Below, in pieces: positions 13,201 to 25,975 of a stretch of DNA of 64,000 nucleotides (positions within the stretch are counted from its first letter, which is position 1; the number at the start of each line of letters is the position of its first letter). The notes under the pieces were generated by a model. The model saw nothing but the letters and a program-made list of their open reading frames with translations, was not told the origin of the DNA and made no database searches. Made by a program: the position numbers and the translations under genes. The DNA is from Rhynchobatus australiae (Eukaryota): the NCBI GenBank assembly GCA_034780895.1, contig JAUZTB010000017.1, positions 27,517,233 through 27,581,232 on the forward strand, in the 5' to 3' direction.

Positions 13201-13894
13201 TACTGGAGGCATCTTGGGATAGCTTCTACTGAAGCTAACAAGGAGGCTTCAAAGTGATCCCCTAGGTATCCTCTATAGATGTAAGGCAAATGTAGCCGAT
13301 AAGTTAGTGCCTCGTGTCTCAAATGCAGTGGGTACATTTGGCAGACAAAACTACATGAACACTTGGATCCTCTTACCAGAATCTTGCACTGCAGGATTTT
13401 TGGACTTCCTCCTCACTCTGTGATTTGATACAATTANNNNNNNNNNNNNNNNNNNNNNNNNNNNNNNNNNNNNNNNNNNNNNNNNNNNNNNNNNNNNNNN
13501 NNTAAGTATTGAGGAAGATGAAATGAGTATTAGTAGGGGATATATTTCTTTTGTCTATAAAGAGAGCTTTGAAAATTCTGCAAGGACCTCAGGAAAAGCT
13601 TCTGCTGAGTAATGCAGCTTGGTATGTAGCCCCTGCAAGTTAGGACTACTTGGGAAGCAAAGCCTGTGCAATGTGTCTTGCATCTTTCACTGCTCATCAG
13701 CTGACAGATCCATTTACTCTACCTCCCTTCTGCCTGCTGCAGTGGCCTGTCCTCCTTTCTCCTGGAGTAAATGTACTTGGACAGATGCTAATAGAATCTG
13801 CAATGCTCTTGAGGTTTGGTGAGAAGTGTTTGCTTCCTGTCCCTCAGTGGTGCCACTGTTCTCATCATGGAAATCCCCAGCACAATAAAGAAAG

Positions 13895-14432
13895 GCAATA
13901 TTGTGTGCAATTTTGGTCACCCCATTACAGCAAGGATGTGGAAGATTTGGAAAGGGTGCAGAAGAGGTTTACCTGGGTGCCGCCTGGCTTAGAGGGTATA
14001 AGCTATAAGTTGAACAAACTTGGGTTGTTTCCTCTGGGGCATGGGAGGCTGAGGGGAGACCTGATAAGAAGTTTATAAAATTATGTGAGGCATCGATGGG
14101 ACAGACAGTCAGAATCTTTTTCCCAGGGTAGAGATGTAAAATACTGGAGCATATGCATTTCAAGTGAGAGAAGGAACGTTTGAAGGAGATATGCGACGTA
14201 AGATTTTTTACCTGGAGAGTGGTAGGTGCCTGGAACAAGTTGCCAGGGTAGTGGTGGAAGCAGATACGATAGTGGCATTTAAGAGCCTGTTAGGCAGACA
14301 CGTGAATATGCAGGGAATGGAGGGATATAGAATGTACAGGCAGAAGAGATTTAATTTAATTCTGTATCATGTTCAGCACAGACATTACAGGCAGAGGGCC
14401 TGTTCCTGTGCTGTATTGTTCTATGTTCTAAT
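13895..14432 (+). mobile_element. CR1 LINE 3' end
   Basis: QYCVQFWSPHYSKDVEDLERVQKRFT...KLGLFPLGHGRLRGDLI is the canonical CR1 ORF2 C-terminus; tail gggcctgttcctgtgctgtattgttctatgttcta. Confidence 0.9.
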
Positions 14433-14608
14433 ATGCCTTGGCATAAGTGTGGCTGCATTTGCAGTAACATATTTACTGTTTGCTGTAGCTGAACATAAAT
14501 TCAATGTTAACTGTTAGTAAGAAGTCAAAGTTGAAGAGTGCCCACTTCTTGCCGAAATGTCGCAAAGCCAACTAGTTTTTCCTCAGCAATGTTCCTCACT
14601 TATGTTCT

Positions 14609-14700
14609 AACAAATAATTTGCTGGAGGAACTCAATGGGTCGAGCAGCATCTGTGTGAGGAAAATTCACACATTTCAGGTTGAAACCCTGCATCAGGACT
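14609..14700 (-). mobile_element. Penelope-type terminus with hammerhead-like motif
   Basis: Reverse complement agtcctgatgcagggtttcaacctgaaatgtg...cagatgctgctcgacccattgagttcctccagc. Confidence 0.6.
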
Positions 14701-14944
14701 AACTTTTCCTCACCCTTTCCGTCACTGGGAACATNNNNNNNNNNNNNNNNNNNNNNNNNNNNNNNNNNNNNNNNNNNNNNNNNNNNNNNNNNNNNNNNNN
14801 NNNNNNNNNNNNNNNNNNNNNNNNNNNNNNNNNNACCCTGCATCAGGACTAACTTTTCCTCACCCTTTCCGTCACTGGGAACATACAAAATATGGAAACA
14901 CCTGAGTGCTTGCAGGTTGTCTGCTTCATCATTAGTCATGAAGA

Positions 14945-15215
14945 CATAGAGGGATACAGCACGACAACAAGCCCTTCTGCCCACCAAGTCTGCACCAACG
15001 ATCAACAACCCATTTACACCCATTAATATTTTTTATTCTTCTTGCATTCACATCAACTGCCACCAGATTCTACCACTTACCTACAGACTAGGGGTAATTT
15101 ACAGTGGCGAATTAACCTACCAACTTGCACATCTTTGGGATGTGGGAGGAAACTAGAGCACCTAGAGGAAACCGCATGGTCACAGGGAAAATGTGCAAAC
15201 TCCACAAAGGTCGCA
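14945..15215 (-). mobile_element. V-SINE
   Basis: tgtgggaggaaactagagcacctagaggaaaccgcatggtcacaggg...tgcaaactccaca is the reverse-complement V-domain. Confidence 0.8.
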
Positions 15216-18200
15216 GCTGATATGGTTTAGTGCAGCTTCTCTGCTGACGGTTGTGTTCAACTTTCTTGCAGGGAACAAAAGTAATTCTTTGAACTGCAGA
15301 AGGTGACATGAGGGACACATATTAAATAAGTGGTGTTTAAAGAATGCATCATTTATTTTAACTGCAATTATTTATTATCTATGGCTGGGAATAAATGCAC
15401 CAAATTGAGATACCTCAGTTAAAGAACCAGGGAGATGACAGTGAAATGTTAAGGGTCATTCTATTGGATTATAGTTTGTAGCTGTATGGAAACCACTGGA
15501 AATAAGGAAAGTAGGACTTAGAAAAATGTTTTGTGATGTCAGGGTGACAGGATAAAGACTAATAGCTTTCCAGCACGTGCTGTGAATTGAGCAGTCCCCA
15601 TAACTGGTGACTCTGATGGTCCACTACCAACTTGGTTTTCTTTATTTCATGAGAGAGAAATAACATGAATTTTCTATTACTTAAGATCCCGATCTGCCAG
15701 TTTTAAATTTTTATATCATTTGATGAAGTAATATAAGGGAAATAAAGAGTAAAATAATAAACAGTCGAATCTGACCCAAACAAAGTTATGAAAATTACAC
15801 GAGCATGGGAATCTTGTGACAGTTTAGAAAATTTATATGAAGATTCTAATGCCCACAAATCTGGACATACAATCACATTTCATAGCAAAACACTGGCATC
15901 TGATTTGGTTTGAACATAACAATCATAAAATAATCATGGTTTTCTTCTCTATTTCTCTAAGAATGTGGGTCATTCTTTATTTTTTCACAAATAGATCAGA
16001 CTTGTGAACTTTTTTATGCCTTTGGGATTATGATAATTTCCATTTGATAACTTTCCCGGAAAATAAATGCAGTTGCTTTCAAGGAACCCTCAAAGGTGCA
16101 TAATTAGACATGATTTTCCTTCAATTGTCTGCTTACAAGACCTTGACAAATTAGCTTTATAACTGCTTTGTAACACCCATTAATCCCTTTTCGAAGGGTA
16201 GGAATGAACATGGATGAAAATTCTGTTAACATTTTCTTCCACAATTGTACCACTTCCAAGGAACTTTAGCCCATGGCCATTCAGAAAATTGTTACTTAAA
16301 CTGTCATGAGAAATCTATGGCATATTAATTTGGATTTATCTAATGTTTTAAGTTGCTACAATAAAATGAGTGTATTCAAATATATTGTGAAAAATTGAAT
16401 TCAGAACAGCCAATAAAAGAAAATGATAGGAAATTCAAATTTTGGCACTATTAAAGCCAGATATTGTAAATATGCCATGAGAGATATGACACTGGAGCAA
16501 AACTTAGTTCAGGACAGTGTATTTTCATTGGCCCAGTTAAATGACACTACATGCATTGATAGTGATCATTGTATAATGATAAGCATCTACATTTATAATT
16601 GATAAAGTCATGGTAACAATTCACTTTTGTTTGCCTTGGGCTAAAAGGATTTCCTGCTTGGTAAGGTGAAGAACAAATTGGATTCATTAAGTCATCCTGT
16701 TAGACTATTAATATCAGAAGTGACAAGGTGCAACATTCAAAATAGCATTCAAATCTGTTTGGTTGACAGCCAACACAGGTTTCCACACTCCATGCCGGTC
16801 TTTTTATATCCCCCACTAACGTCAGCAATATTCCTGGAAAAATAGCTTTTTAATTTTTCCTCTCATATAATTAAATGAATATAGACTATATTTCAAAGTG
16901 TTTAGTGTTTGAGATAGGGAGTAATGCAGCATTAGTCATCAGATGCTACAAAAGTGTTTTCCAAATCCATCCACATGTCTAATAGTGAGGAAATTACATA
17001 CGTGGAACAGTATGTATGTGGAAAATGGGAATATGGTGCTAAGGTACAAGATTAGCTATTATCATTTTGGATGGTGGAGCAGGCTCGAGGGGCCAAATAG
17101 CCTCCGCCTGCTCCTATTTTCCATGTTTCAATGTATATGCATGAAATTGAAAATGCAAGATGAATCAGTTTCGAGAATGAAGGGACATTGATGTAAGGGT
17201 AACACTGTATTGTGCTATTTCCTGTTGATTAGCACTTCCTTTCCACATAAAGCAGCTCCATTTCTTAACAGTAAGGCATATGAAATCAAACACGTAGATN
17301 NNNNNNNNNNNNNNNNNNNNNNNNNNNNNNNNNNNNNNNNNNNNNNNNNNNNNNNNNNNNNNNNNNNNNNNNNNNNNNNNNNNNNNNNNNNNNNNNNNNA
17401 TATGAAATCAAACACGTTCCATGCACTCCCACCAACCTTCCTAGCATCTGAATGAAACAAATTAAAATAAATCACTTCTGAAGAAAGTGAATTGCTATTT
17501 GGATGGTTCATGTAAGGAGTAATGTATCAGTCAACTGAGATTGTTATGTTTATCTATAAACACCATCCAGGGACTTAATTTAAGACATGGCTAGCTTACA
17601 TTACATTGCACAGCCTGTAGTGATTTGAAGTGTGGGATAGTTTCTATCAGCAAGAATACATTATCCAGATTCCCAGTGTTAATACTCTGATGTGCCCTTA
17701 GATTGTATCAAAAACCTACATGTTTCTGGGTATAGATTTACTCTATGGAGGAGATCAGTAACTGAATGCTGCAGCCACCCTTGCATTAACAGAATAATTA
17801 ATTGGATCAGACATAAAGAATTGACTTCAATTGACCTTTATTCACTGATCTCCTTTGAAAATGAACAAAAGGCACAGCCACGTGGATACTAATGGTGTCA
17901 CTATGCTCTCCAGAGGTGGTCCGCATTCCCGCCGAAACAGCAAGCTAATAAAAGCTTGACTAGACCTCGTGATTGGCCAAACCTATCGCAGACACTTCCC
18001 ATTAAGTGAATGTGTATAAAATGACTTCAGAAGAATTTTGTTTTAATCAAATGGAAAAAAATCTATAGTTTCTTCATGTGTAACCTTTCTAGTTTTAAAC
18101 GCCATTGAAACATGAAATGGAGTTATTTCACACAGGCCTTTGCCAATAGCTTAACACATTTATGCAATGATCTAATTTTTGCAGACAGAATGCACCCTCC

Positions 18201-18289
18201 TTTATGTACAATATTTCATGAAACAAAAGCACTGTTATATACATTATCCTTTTGAAAAAATGAAAGATCATTCTTCAATTTCAGATTCC

Positions 18290-18590
18290 TTTGGATAAGA
18301 GATCCATCGTTTAGATGGGACATTAAGCTCTAACCTCTTAATTATGTGAAAAAGATCCCATGGCACTTTCAAAAAGCGGGTGATTCCCCCTAGTGTCATG
18401 ACCAATAGTTGTCTTTTAAGCATTATCACTAAAACTACTTAATTGGTTGTTTATCCCATTTGTTATTTGTGAGACGTTGCTGTGTACAAATTGAGTTGCT
18501 CTGTTCTGCCATACAACAGTAACTGCAATTCAAAATAATTTCATTGGCCTTGAACATCCCTGGACTCGTAAATTTATGGAAATTGCTACT
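18290..18590 (+). mobile_element. Deu-domain SINE (AmnSINE1/SacSINE1-like)
   Basis: aaagatcccatggcact...gtgtcatgaccaata...tttgtgagacgttgctgtgtacaaattg...acaacagtaactgcaattcaaaataatttcattggc matches the recalled Deu-domain consensus. Confidence 0.75.
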
Positions 18591-21500
18591 TACTGAGTGA
18601 GTACCTTACTTAAGCTAAATATAGCCATACAGGGTTTTCTTTAAAAAAATGTTTCCTCCTTCATTAGATGTCCTACATTTGGAATGTTAATAAATTATGT
18701 TGTAAATCTCACTTATCGGACTCTACTGAAGGTAAAGCTTTTCGGTCATCTTTGCTTAGCTTGGTATCTTTTTTTTATTTTATGATTAAAAAGTTTCAAC
18801 CATGTGGCAGAGAATAAATTGTAACAAGGCTAAAGTTAATCTATTTTAAAGCTAAGCAAACAAAGTTTGGATCTTATTCAAGTTCTATCAGAATGTTAAA
18901 TAGACTGCTACCTTTTTGATGTTATGATTAATACATGATCTATTCAAAAGACCAACAGCTTTTCCAGCAGCATATCACTTATTTTTGTTCTTTTCACTGG
19001 AATTTTTGACACTTCCAATTCCTCCCTGCCACTAACCTTGCTACTAGAAAGATTCATTGGAGGTTAATTAAATCCATCATCAAAACAACGAGAAGCCAAT
19101 GAGGCATATAATCACTGAAATAGTAAATTAAATGATGCAATTGTTTTCCCTTCCATCATTCAACGGGAGGGCAGGAGCTGTGTTATCAATGCAGCTGACT
19201 GTATTGTTTCACAACTGGCGATGGGCACTTCCAGCCCCCAGAGAATCTGGATGCATGTGGTCATAAACCAGGTTTTAATTTGCACAAACAGAGGAGATTA
19301 AACTGTATCAGCTCCTGGGTCCTACAAAGCTTCATTATGTGGAAAGATGACACTGTTAAAGAATAAAAGAGAGGTTATTCCCAGCTGGAATTAACAGCAC
19401 CGCCTATTTGAGATGTAAATTAATACAAACAGGGTAACTGAGTGGAACAGAAAAGCCAGGACTTTGATCTAATTTGCCAAAGCACTGAGCATAATTAAAA
19501 CATACACAGAAAGAATGCAGTTATGTTGCATTTTTAATAGGCCGTAGCATCATTAATGTAATTAATAATAACATGTTTAAAAGTAGCTGCTGCTGTCAGT
19601 GTGAGCATGTGTCTGAATAGCAGCAACTGGCAGCTGTGGGTTTCAGCTGGCATGGTTTGACATGGGGAGACAGTGGTACCAGTAGCACTCGTCACTGATC
19701 GGGGAGCCTGGCGCTAGATTCTGCCACACCTGCCATTCATCACAGAGCCGACACTGATGATGATTGATGGAGGTTTGGAAGCTCAGAGCTTTTCTTGCCA
19801 AGGACTAGCTGTGACTCTTGCAGAGTCACCAGCTGTGCCTTGTTGCCAGGGTTTTTGAAGATGAGGCTCATTTCTCTGGAGCTTTATCTTAATCAGGCTG
19901 TCATATTCTCAAAATTAATTAAGACTTTGTAAAAGGAGTCACTGAGCCAGCTCTATTTTAAATGTTCATCACCACAAAAAAAGGCACAGAAGACATCTTA
20001 AGCATATAACATCGTATTGTAGTTGACAATGCTGGTTAGGAGAGCCCACTGCAAATATCATTTTCCTTTCTGATGGATTACAAGTACTAATTATGAAAAG
20101 TCCATTTTTTTATTATTATAAACTCTGTTATGTCCCTGAACTGTAATGGGACCATGTGGACTGGCACTTTAAGTGCATTGCTAAGCTTGTGGATTTCCAT
20201 TACCCTGAACAGATCATGTGAGTAAGCCCATCAAAAGATAGCAAAAAAGAGTTGCAGAACGTTCTGCGATGCAGTGAAAGTAGAATTGCTATGACAATGT
20301 GTTTCCCTTCTACTGCCGACTTGCTGTTTATTAGATTGTTACTTTGGAATTCTCTTCAGTTTTTGTAAAAAAACAAGTTTTTTTGTAAACTTGTTTACAA
20401 AACTGCAAAACATGTACGGAGGCATGTATTTCAAAGTTACTATTTTTTGCCCAGAGACAAACAAGGTAAATTTAGTCAAGACCACAACAGTTCAATCTTT
20501 GTCCAGTGATCAGCTATTAATTATACTATGATGTCAATCCAGTTTTGGTTAAGTGCAGCTTAGTGCTGTGCTAATTGATCCTTTTTAAAGAATAATGGTT
20601 ATTCAAAAGTCCTATGTTCTGCTAATTGATTCTTCTGACAATAACTGCAGTTCTGTGGAAATACATGACCCTCATTTGGTTAGCTTATCCTTTTCAGATT
20701 TATCTCTGACAGAATTTGTTTTATTGTCTGATTCTTTAAAAACAATTGCAGGAATTTTATTTCTTCCAGAATCGCAGAAGGTGCTTCTTTCAGGTTGTGT
20801 GCACATTGGTTTAACTAACATCTGTTTCCAGATGAAATCGGGCAGGCTCTGGCTGTATCCATCCTCATCGCTCTCTTCTTATCCCACACCATTGTTCCCA
20901 ATTTCATGCTATCAGAGAGGCCGCATGTTTTCCTCAGCCAAGTTGTCAGAGGCATAAAAGCTGAGGAGCAGGGTCACATTTAGAGGGATGGGCATGAAAA
21001 ATTGGTAAAATGTATCGGAAGCCCACCCACTGGATGGTTGCTTAGAGCAGCTCAGACTTCGATTGACCAATCCTACTTTTAAATTTATTTCTGGGTGCAC
21101 ACGATTAAACTCAAACTCTCGGCATTCTTACTTAATGATAGGAGCTAACAGAACAACTTGTCTTTTAAAATGTTGGATCAAAATGTGCAACAAATAAATA
21201 AACCCGATGGCATTCAAATGAACTCATGCTATTCACTGCACTCCCTTTTCTTTTCAAGTTTCAAGTGTTATTACTGTTCTGACCAAAATTCACACCATTA
21301 CTAATAAACCGCTGCTAAGTTTATGAAATTGAATTGGCACTGCTGCATATATCAGCAAAACAAAGCAAGACCTTTGGAGTTCTTTATTTTACTCCCCAAA
21401 TTTCTATGTTAGCAAGATTTTTTTAAAATAAAATTCTTCACATTTGGAAGTAGTGTCACTCCAAAACAAAGCTCCACAGTCTGACAAATGTTACAGTGCA

Positions 21501-24382
21501 TGTCTAAATCTATCTCACTAATGAACCTCCAGATTCATGCATTGTTGAAAACTAAAGCAAGTGTGTTAGGCATCATTAGAATTTCTTCCTTTGAGGCAAA
21601 ATTGTAGTAACTGCTCTCTTGAAGAAATGGAGAGCTTTATCCTTCACTTCATGGACGTGTCATGCATTTTGTATGTTAAACAGTCTCATGGACATCTGTC
21701 ATGATTGGTTTTAATCTGCTAGCTAAAAGTCTGGATTTAATCTTGCATTACACCTCTTTGTACTGCAGTCAGTAAGTGACAGTACTGCCATGAAACAATG
21801 ACTGTACTCATTCCATCCAATATGCCATGTGGTAGACCCTTTTTATGGACCAGTTCTTTAGAAAAGAATACAAGACAATGAAGCATCTGGTGGGCTTTTC
21901 CTGTTTCTAAGTTTTTTTGTTAGTAATTCTACTCACCCAGGCCGCACATTTCTCCCTTGATGCTACTCACCGAGACAGGGTGTGTCAACCTAGTGGTGAG
22001 AGGTCAACAGGCCAAAGTGATGAATTTTTATGCTGCTGTTTCTTATGTTTCTGCTCAGTCACAAATTTCTGCTTGCTGTGCTAACGCTGAAAGGAATCAC
22101 AGTGAGCAATTTGTCCTTCTGAGCAGGGAATTGGATGGCAGATGAGTTAAAAAGTGGAAATCACATTGAGCAGAAGAATACACAAATGTCTTCCTGTGGA
22201 GAAACAGAATACTGCTGTCAGGGCTTAACACAAGCAGTACATTGGAGATTTGTGGTTCTTGGCCATACCGGATTGACAAATGAATTTAATAGCATTTTTT
22301 TTTAAATATTGAAAAGGAACAACACCTCTATAGATGCTGAGGAGTTTATAGATGTGTTCCAGGTGTTCAGCTGAAAAAAAGACATAGTATTAATACCTCA
22401 AGAATATATCAAAGCCATTCATTTGTTCAAATTACTGTATTTTACAATGAGCACTAGTAGAAATATAATAATTAATATTTTAACATTTTATTAGCTCAGT
22501 TTTTAATAACACCCATACTGCTTTTGCTGTGAGACTGTAGAGTGTTACTGCAGCCTGTGACCTATCGTTCTGTGCAGCCAGCCGTTTGTCTTTGATCTCA
22601 TGTGGGTTTTTAAGTTTTCAAGTGGTCATTCTTCAACCTCTCTGCATTTCAATGCCTCCTTGAATGTTCTTGATTCCTTGATTAAACATATTATTCTAGA
22701 AATAAATGAAGTCACCAGTATGGTTCCACACTCTCTTCATTTTTTGGGTTAATCTGGAGCCCTGATTGAGCTCATTAAGGCTACAGATTCATTGCAATTA
22801 TTACACATTTTAATGATGGTAGCAGTTATTTTCACCAGTTGAGTTTATTTGCCTTGCAATTATCACTATAATATTAAAAAAAAGTTTCATAATTACTTCT
22901 TCAACAATGTTTTATCAATTTATCAACTGGTCTTGTGAGCTTTTTTTAGGATATTATTGTGCTTTAGATTTATAAAATAAATCATACAGCTTTACAAATT
23001 GAAATTCACCTATCTATAACTATCTCTTGAATTTGGAAAATGCTAACAGTATAACAGTAACAATGAAATACTTACATATAGTCAAAAAAACACAAGTTGG
23101 CATTTTATTCATTACTTTAATACATTTTACATGTTTATACAGGTAGTGAAGGGAAAATGTTGTTCTATTGGCCCTTCAGAAAGTCACTGCAAAATGGAAT
23201 GTAAACATCCAATGCAGTTACCAACCACAATCTCATCTAGTATGAATGCCATAAAAAGCACTGGGTAAAACCAATGATGCAGAAAGGAACCCCAGTTGTA
23301 ATTAAACCAGGGACTAACACTAACATCTTTTGTAAATCTGATTTCTGATGTATAATCCAGTATTTGAAAGGCTGTACATCAGGAAAAGGAGAACAGTGTC
23401 TAAATGGAAATGAAGCTTCCCTGAGATCATTTTTGAATTTAGTTACTTCAGAAGGCATGAGAGTAATGGATTATTTATTTTGATCAGCAGTATAGGAGAT
23501 TTTTGTTACTTAGCGAAACATTAAATCGGTTTGATATTAAGGCAGTCCAGGTTCTCAGGAGGTCCTTTAAAATCATGACTTTGTTGAATTGTGCCCGCTT
23601 GGAGGTTGGTACAATGACTTTTGACAGTGACAGTAACTCTGCCTTGTCCTTTGCCGTCCTTTTTACCCATTCACTTAGGAAAGCAGCTTAAGCGCACTTA
23701 AGCGCATTAGCATTTGGATGCTTGGACCATATTGACCCTTGATTGGAAAGTTTAAATGACTGAAAGATGGACCGATTTGTTGGGGCTTTAGAAAGCTGGA
23801 GGTTTCTGCTTTGGTTTGTTCTGGTACTTGTTCTGATGTGGTGCAGCATTTAAAGACGACCAGGCTGATTTGTGACATATGAGTCTAAAGGGCTCTTTGG
23901 TTTGATGTGATTAACTAATCTGTGCTTTGAATTTAAAACTCTGAGCCAGTTGTGTTCAGTATGGGAACCGGCTCTTCTGTGGATTATGTCATTCAAACAC
24001 AGATGGTAAACTGTTCCCTGATCAAAAGGGGAAAAAAGGACAGAGAGAAATGGTTTAGTTTGAGTGCTCAGCGGTGTGTGGCTGAGATCATTTTTACATA
24101 TTAGGGTTTTCAAAAACATTGTACAACATTGATTAGATATTGATGTATTTTAATGGCTTCAGTGCATACCGGCTGTATTTGATTTTTGTTCATATTTTAG
24201 TGGTTTATCAAAATGACAGTGCAATGAATAACCTGCCTAGTAGCCATTCAGGTGACAGGAATTTCTCCAATTTTTATTCCTACTGCTTGGTCATAATTGG
24301 ACCCGTCTTCATGTTCATTTGTGTTTACTATACTCTATTATTAACATATGGTCCACTGTAACTTCTGATATTCCTATCATAT

Positions 24383-24692
24383 GGTACTGCACGGTAGCAT
24401 AGTGGTTAGCATAATGCTATTACAGCGCCAGCGACCTGGGTTCAATTCCCGTTGCTGCCTGTAAGGAGTTTGTACATTCTCCCCGTGTCTGCGTGGGTTT
24501 CTTCCAGGTGCTCTGGTTTCCTCCCACATTCCAAAGACCTATGGGTTAGGAAGTTTAGGGCATGCTATGTTGGCGCCAGAAGCGTGGCAACACTTGCGGG
24601 CTGCCCCCCAGCACATTCTTGGTAACGCAAAAGATGTGTTTCGATGTGCATGTGACTAATAAATAAATATCAAATAAATATCAAATATCAAA
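24383..24692 (+). mobile_element. V-SINE, young full-length copy
   Basis: A-box ggtagcatagtggttagc, B-box gggttcaattcc, V-domain, 3' tail with repeated aaatatc. Confidence 0.88.
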
Positions 24693-25667
24693 CTCAGTTT
24701 AAATGAAGCTTGTATTTAAATATTTTTTGTGTTGGATCCATCAATCTCTTTTTTATGGTTCCAGATGTGTATTATTAGAAGAAACCTAAGATTTTTATGT
24801 ATAATGTATCATATATGTATCTCTGATCTGTTGTTATTCTGACGAAACAAGTTTAACTTTTGTGATCAAAATACTGAGTATTTGTAGAATGCAAAACAAA
24901 CTACTGTAAGGAGTAAAAGGAATCACATGGAATGTACCTATTGCCTGGAGTTAAACAATGGATTTTCAGTATAATCCAAATCTTGTCACATTATTGTTGC
25001 TGCAGAGGGAAGGTGGGAAACTAGGCAAGTCCAGTCACTCAGCATTTTGGTACAGGCTTTTGGAGGTGCATGGGGGCCATGGAGAAGATGTTGGCCTTCC
25101 AATAACAAGAGTTTCAAGGCCTCTTAGATTTTGAGCTGGATTTGCCCAAGCCTGTTGTTCTCCAGACAGATAATATCTTGGTCCTTGAAATGGCAAGGCT
25201 TTCCTACTCACCTGTGTTGAATTGTCTTGCTATGAAAAATATGCATTGCAAGTGCCCCTAAGGTGATATTGTTACAGGCAGGATTTTTAACTACCGGTAT
25301 TCAATTTCCTTATAGAATTTTAGCACAGGAAAGTAATGTATTGCAAACAGCACCAATGACTACTGGTACAGTGAAGGGCAGATCAGTGTTGGAAATGCCC
25401 CAGCTGTGATATCTGGGGTAAATCTAATTGATGGTAGTGATCATGTAATTGAGAGTATTGTAGCCCTTGGGGAGTCTGAGACTAACCTGAGCTCAAAATG
25501 TTGGCTCCCTGGTAGTAGCATAGAGGGGCCAGATTACTCAGCTTCCTGGTGTTGCCACATTTGTATTTCGATGTCCTTTGGAAGCTAAATGCCTTAGGTG
25601 AGCCCACATCACCCCAGAAGCCCCAGTCTTTGACCCATTAACTTCAACAAGACATTAGAGACTGCAG

Positions 25668-25838
25668 ATAAAATATCTTTATTAGTCACATGTACATCAG
25701 AACACACAATGAAATGCATCGTTTTGCATAGAGTGTTCTGTGGGCAGCCCGCAAGTGTTGCCACGCTTCCGGCGCCAACATAGCCTGCGCATACGTCTTT
25801 GGAATGTGGGAGGAAACCGGAGCACCCGGAGGAAACCT
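25668..25838 (-). mobile_element. V-SINE 3' half, same subfamily as 24383-24692
   Basis: tttattagtcacatg...gggcagcccgcaagtgttgccacgcttccggcgccaacatagc is reverse-complementary to 24560-24663. Confidence 0.82.
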
Positions 25839-25873
25839 GGAATCTGGGGCAATATGCAAGATGCTGTGGATCT

Positions 25874-25975
25874 TTCAGTCCAGACGAAAGGTCTTGACCC
25901 AAGCATAAACTGTCCATTTCCCTTCACAGATGCTGCCTGACCTGCTGAGTTCCTCCAGCATCTTGCGTGTTGCTT
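25874..25975 (+). mobile_element. Penelope-type terminus
   Basis: agtccagacgaaaggtcttgacccaagc...cagatgctgcctgacctgctgagttcctccagc. Confidence 0.6.

Noticed and set aside
14686-14885. Direct repeats flanking 100-N gaps (also ~17278/17400, ~50042/50173, ~7804/7914)
   Set aside because: Identical sequence on both sides of a fixed-size gap indicates unmerged contig overlap, not a biological tandem duplication or target-site duplication.
24383-24455. tRNA-like sequences (also 9082 and 31320)
   Set aside because: A/B boxes continue into SINE bodies and no complete cloverleaf is evident; these are SINE heads, not tRNA genes.
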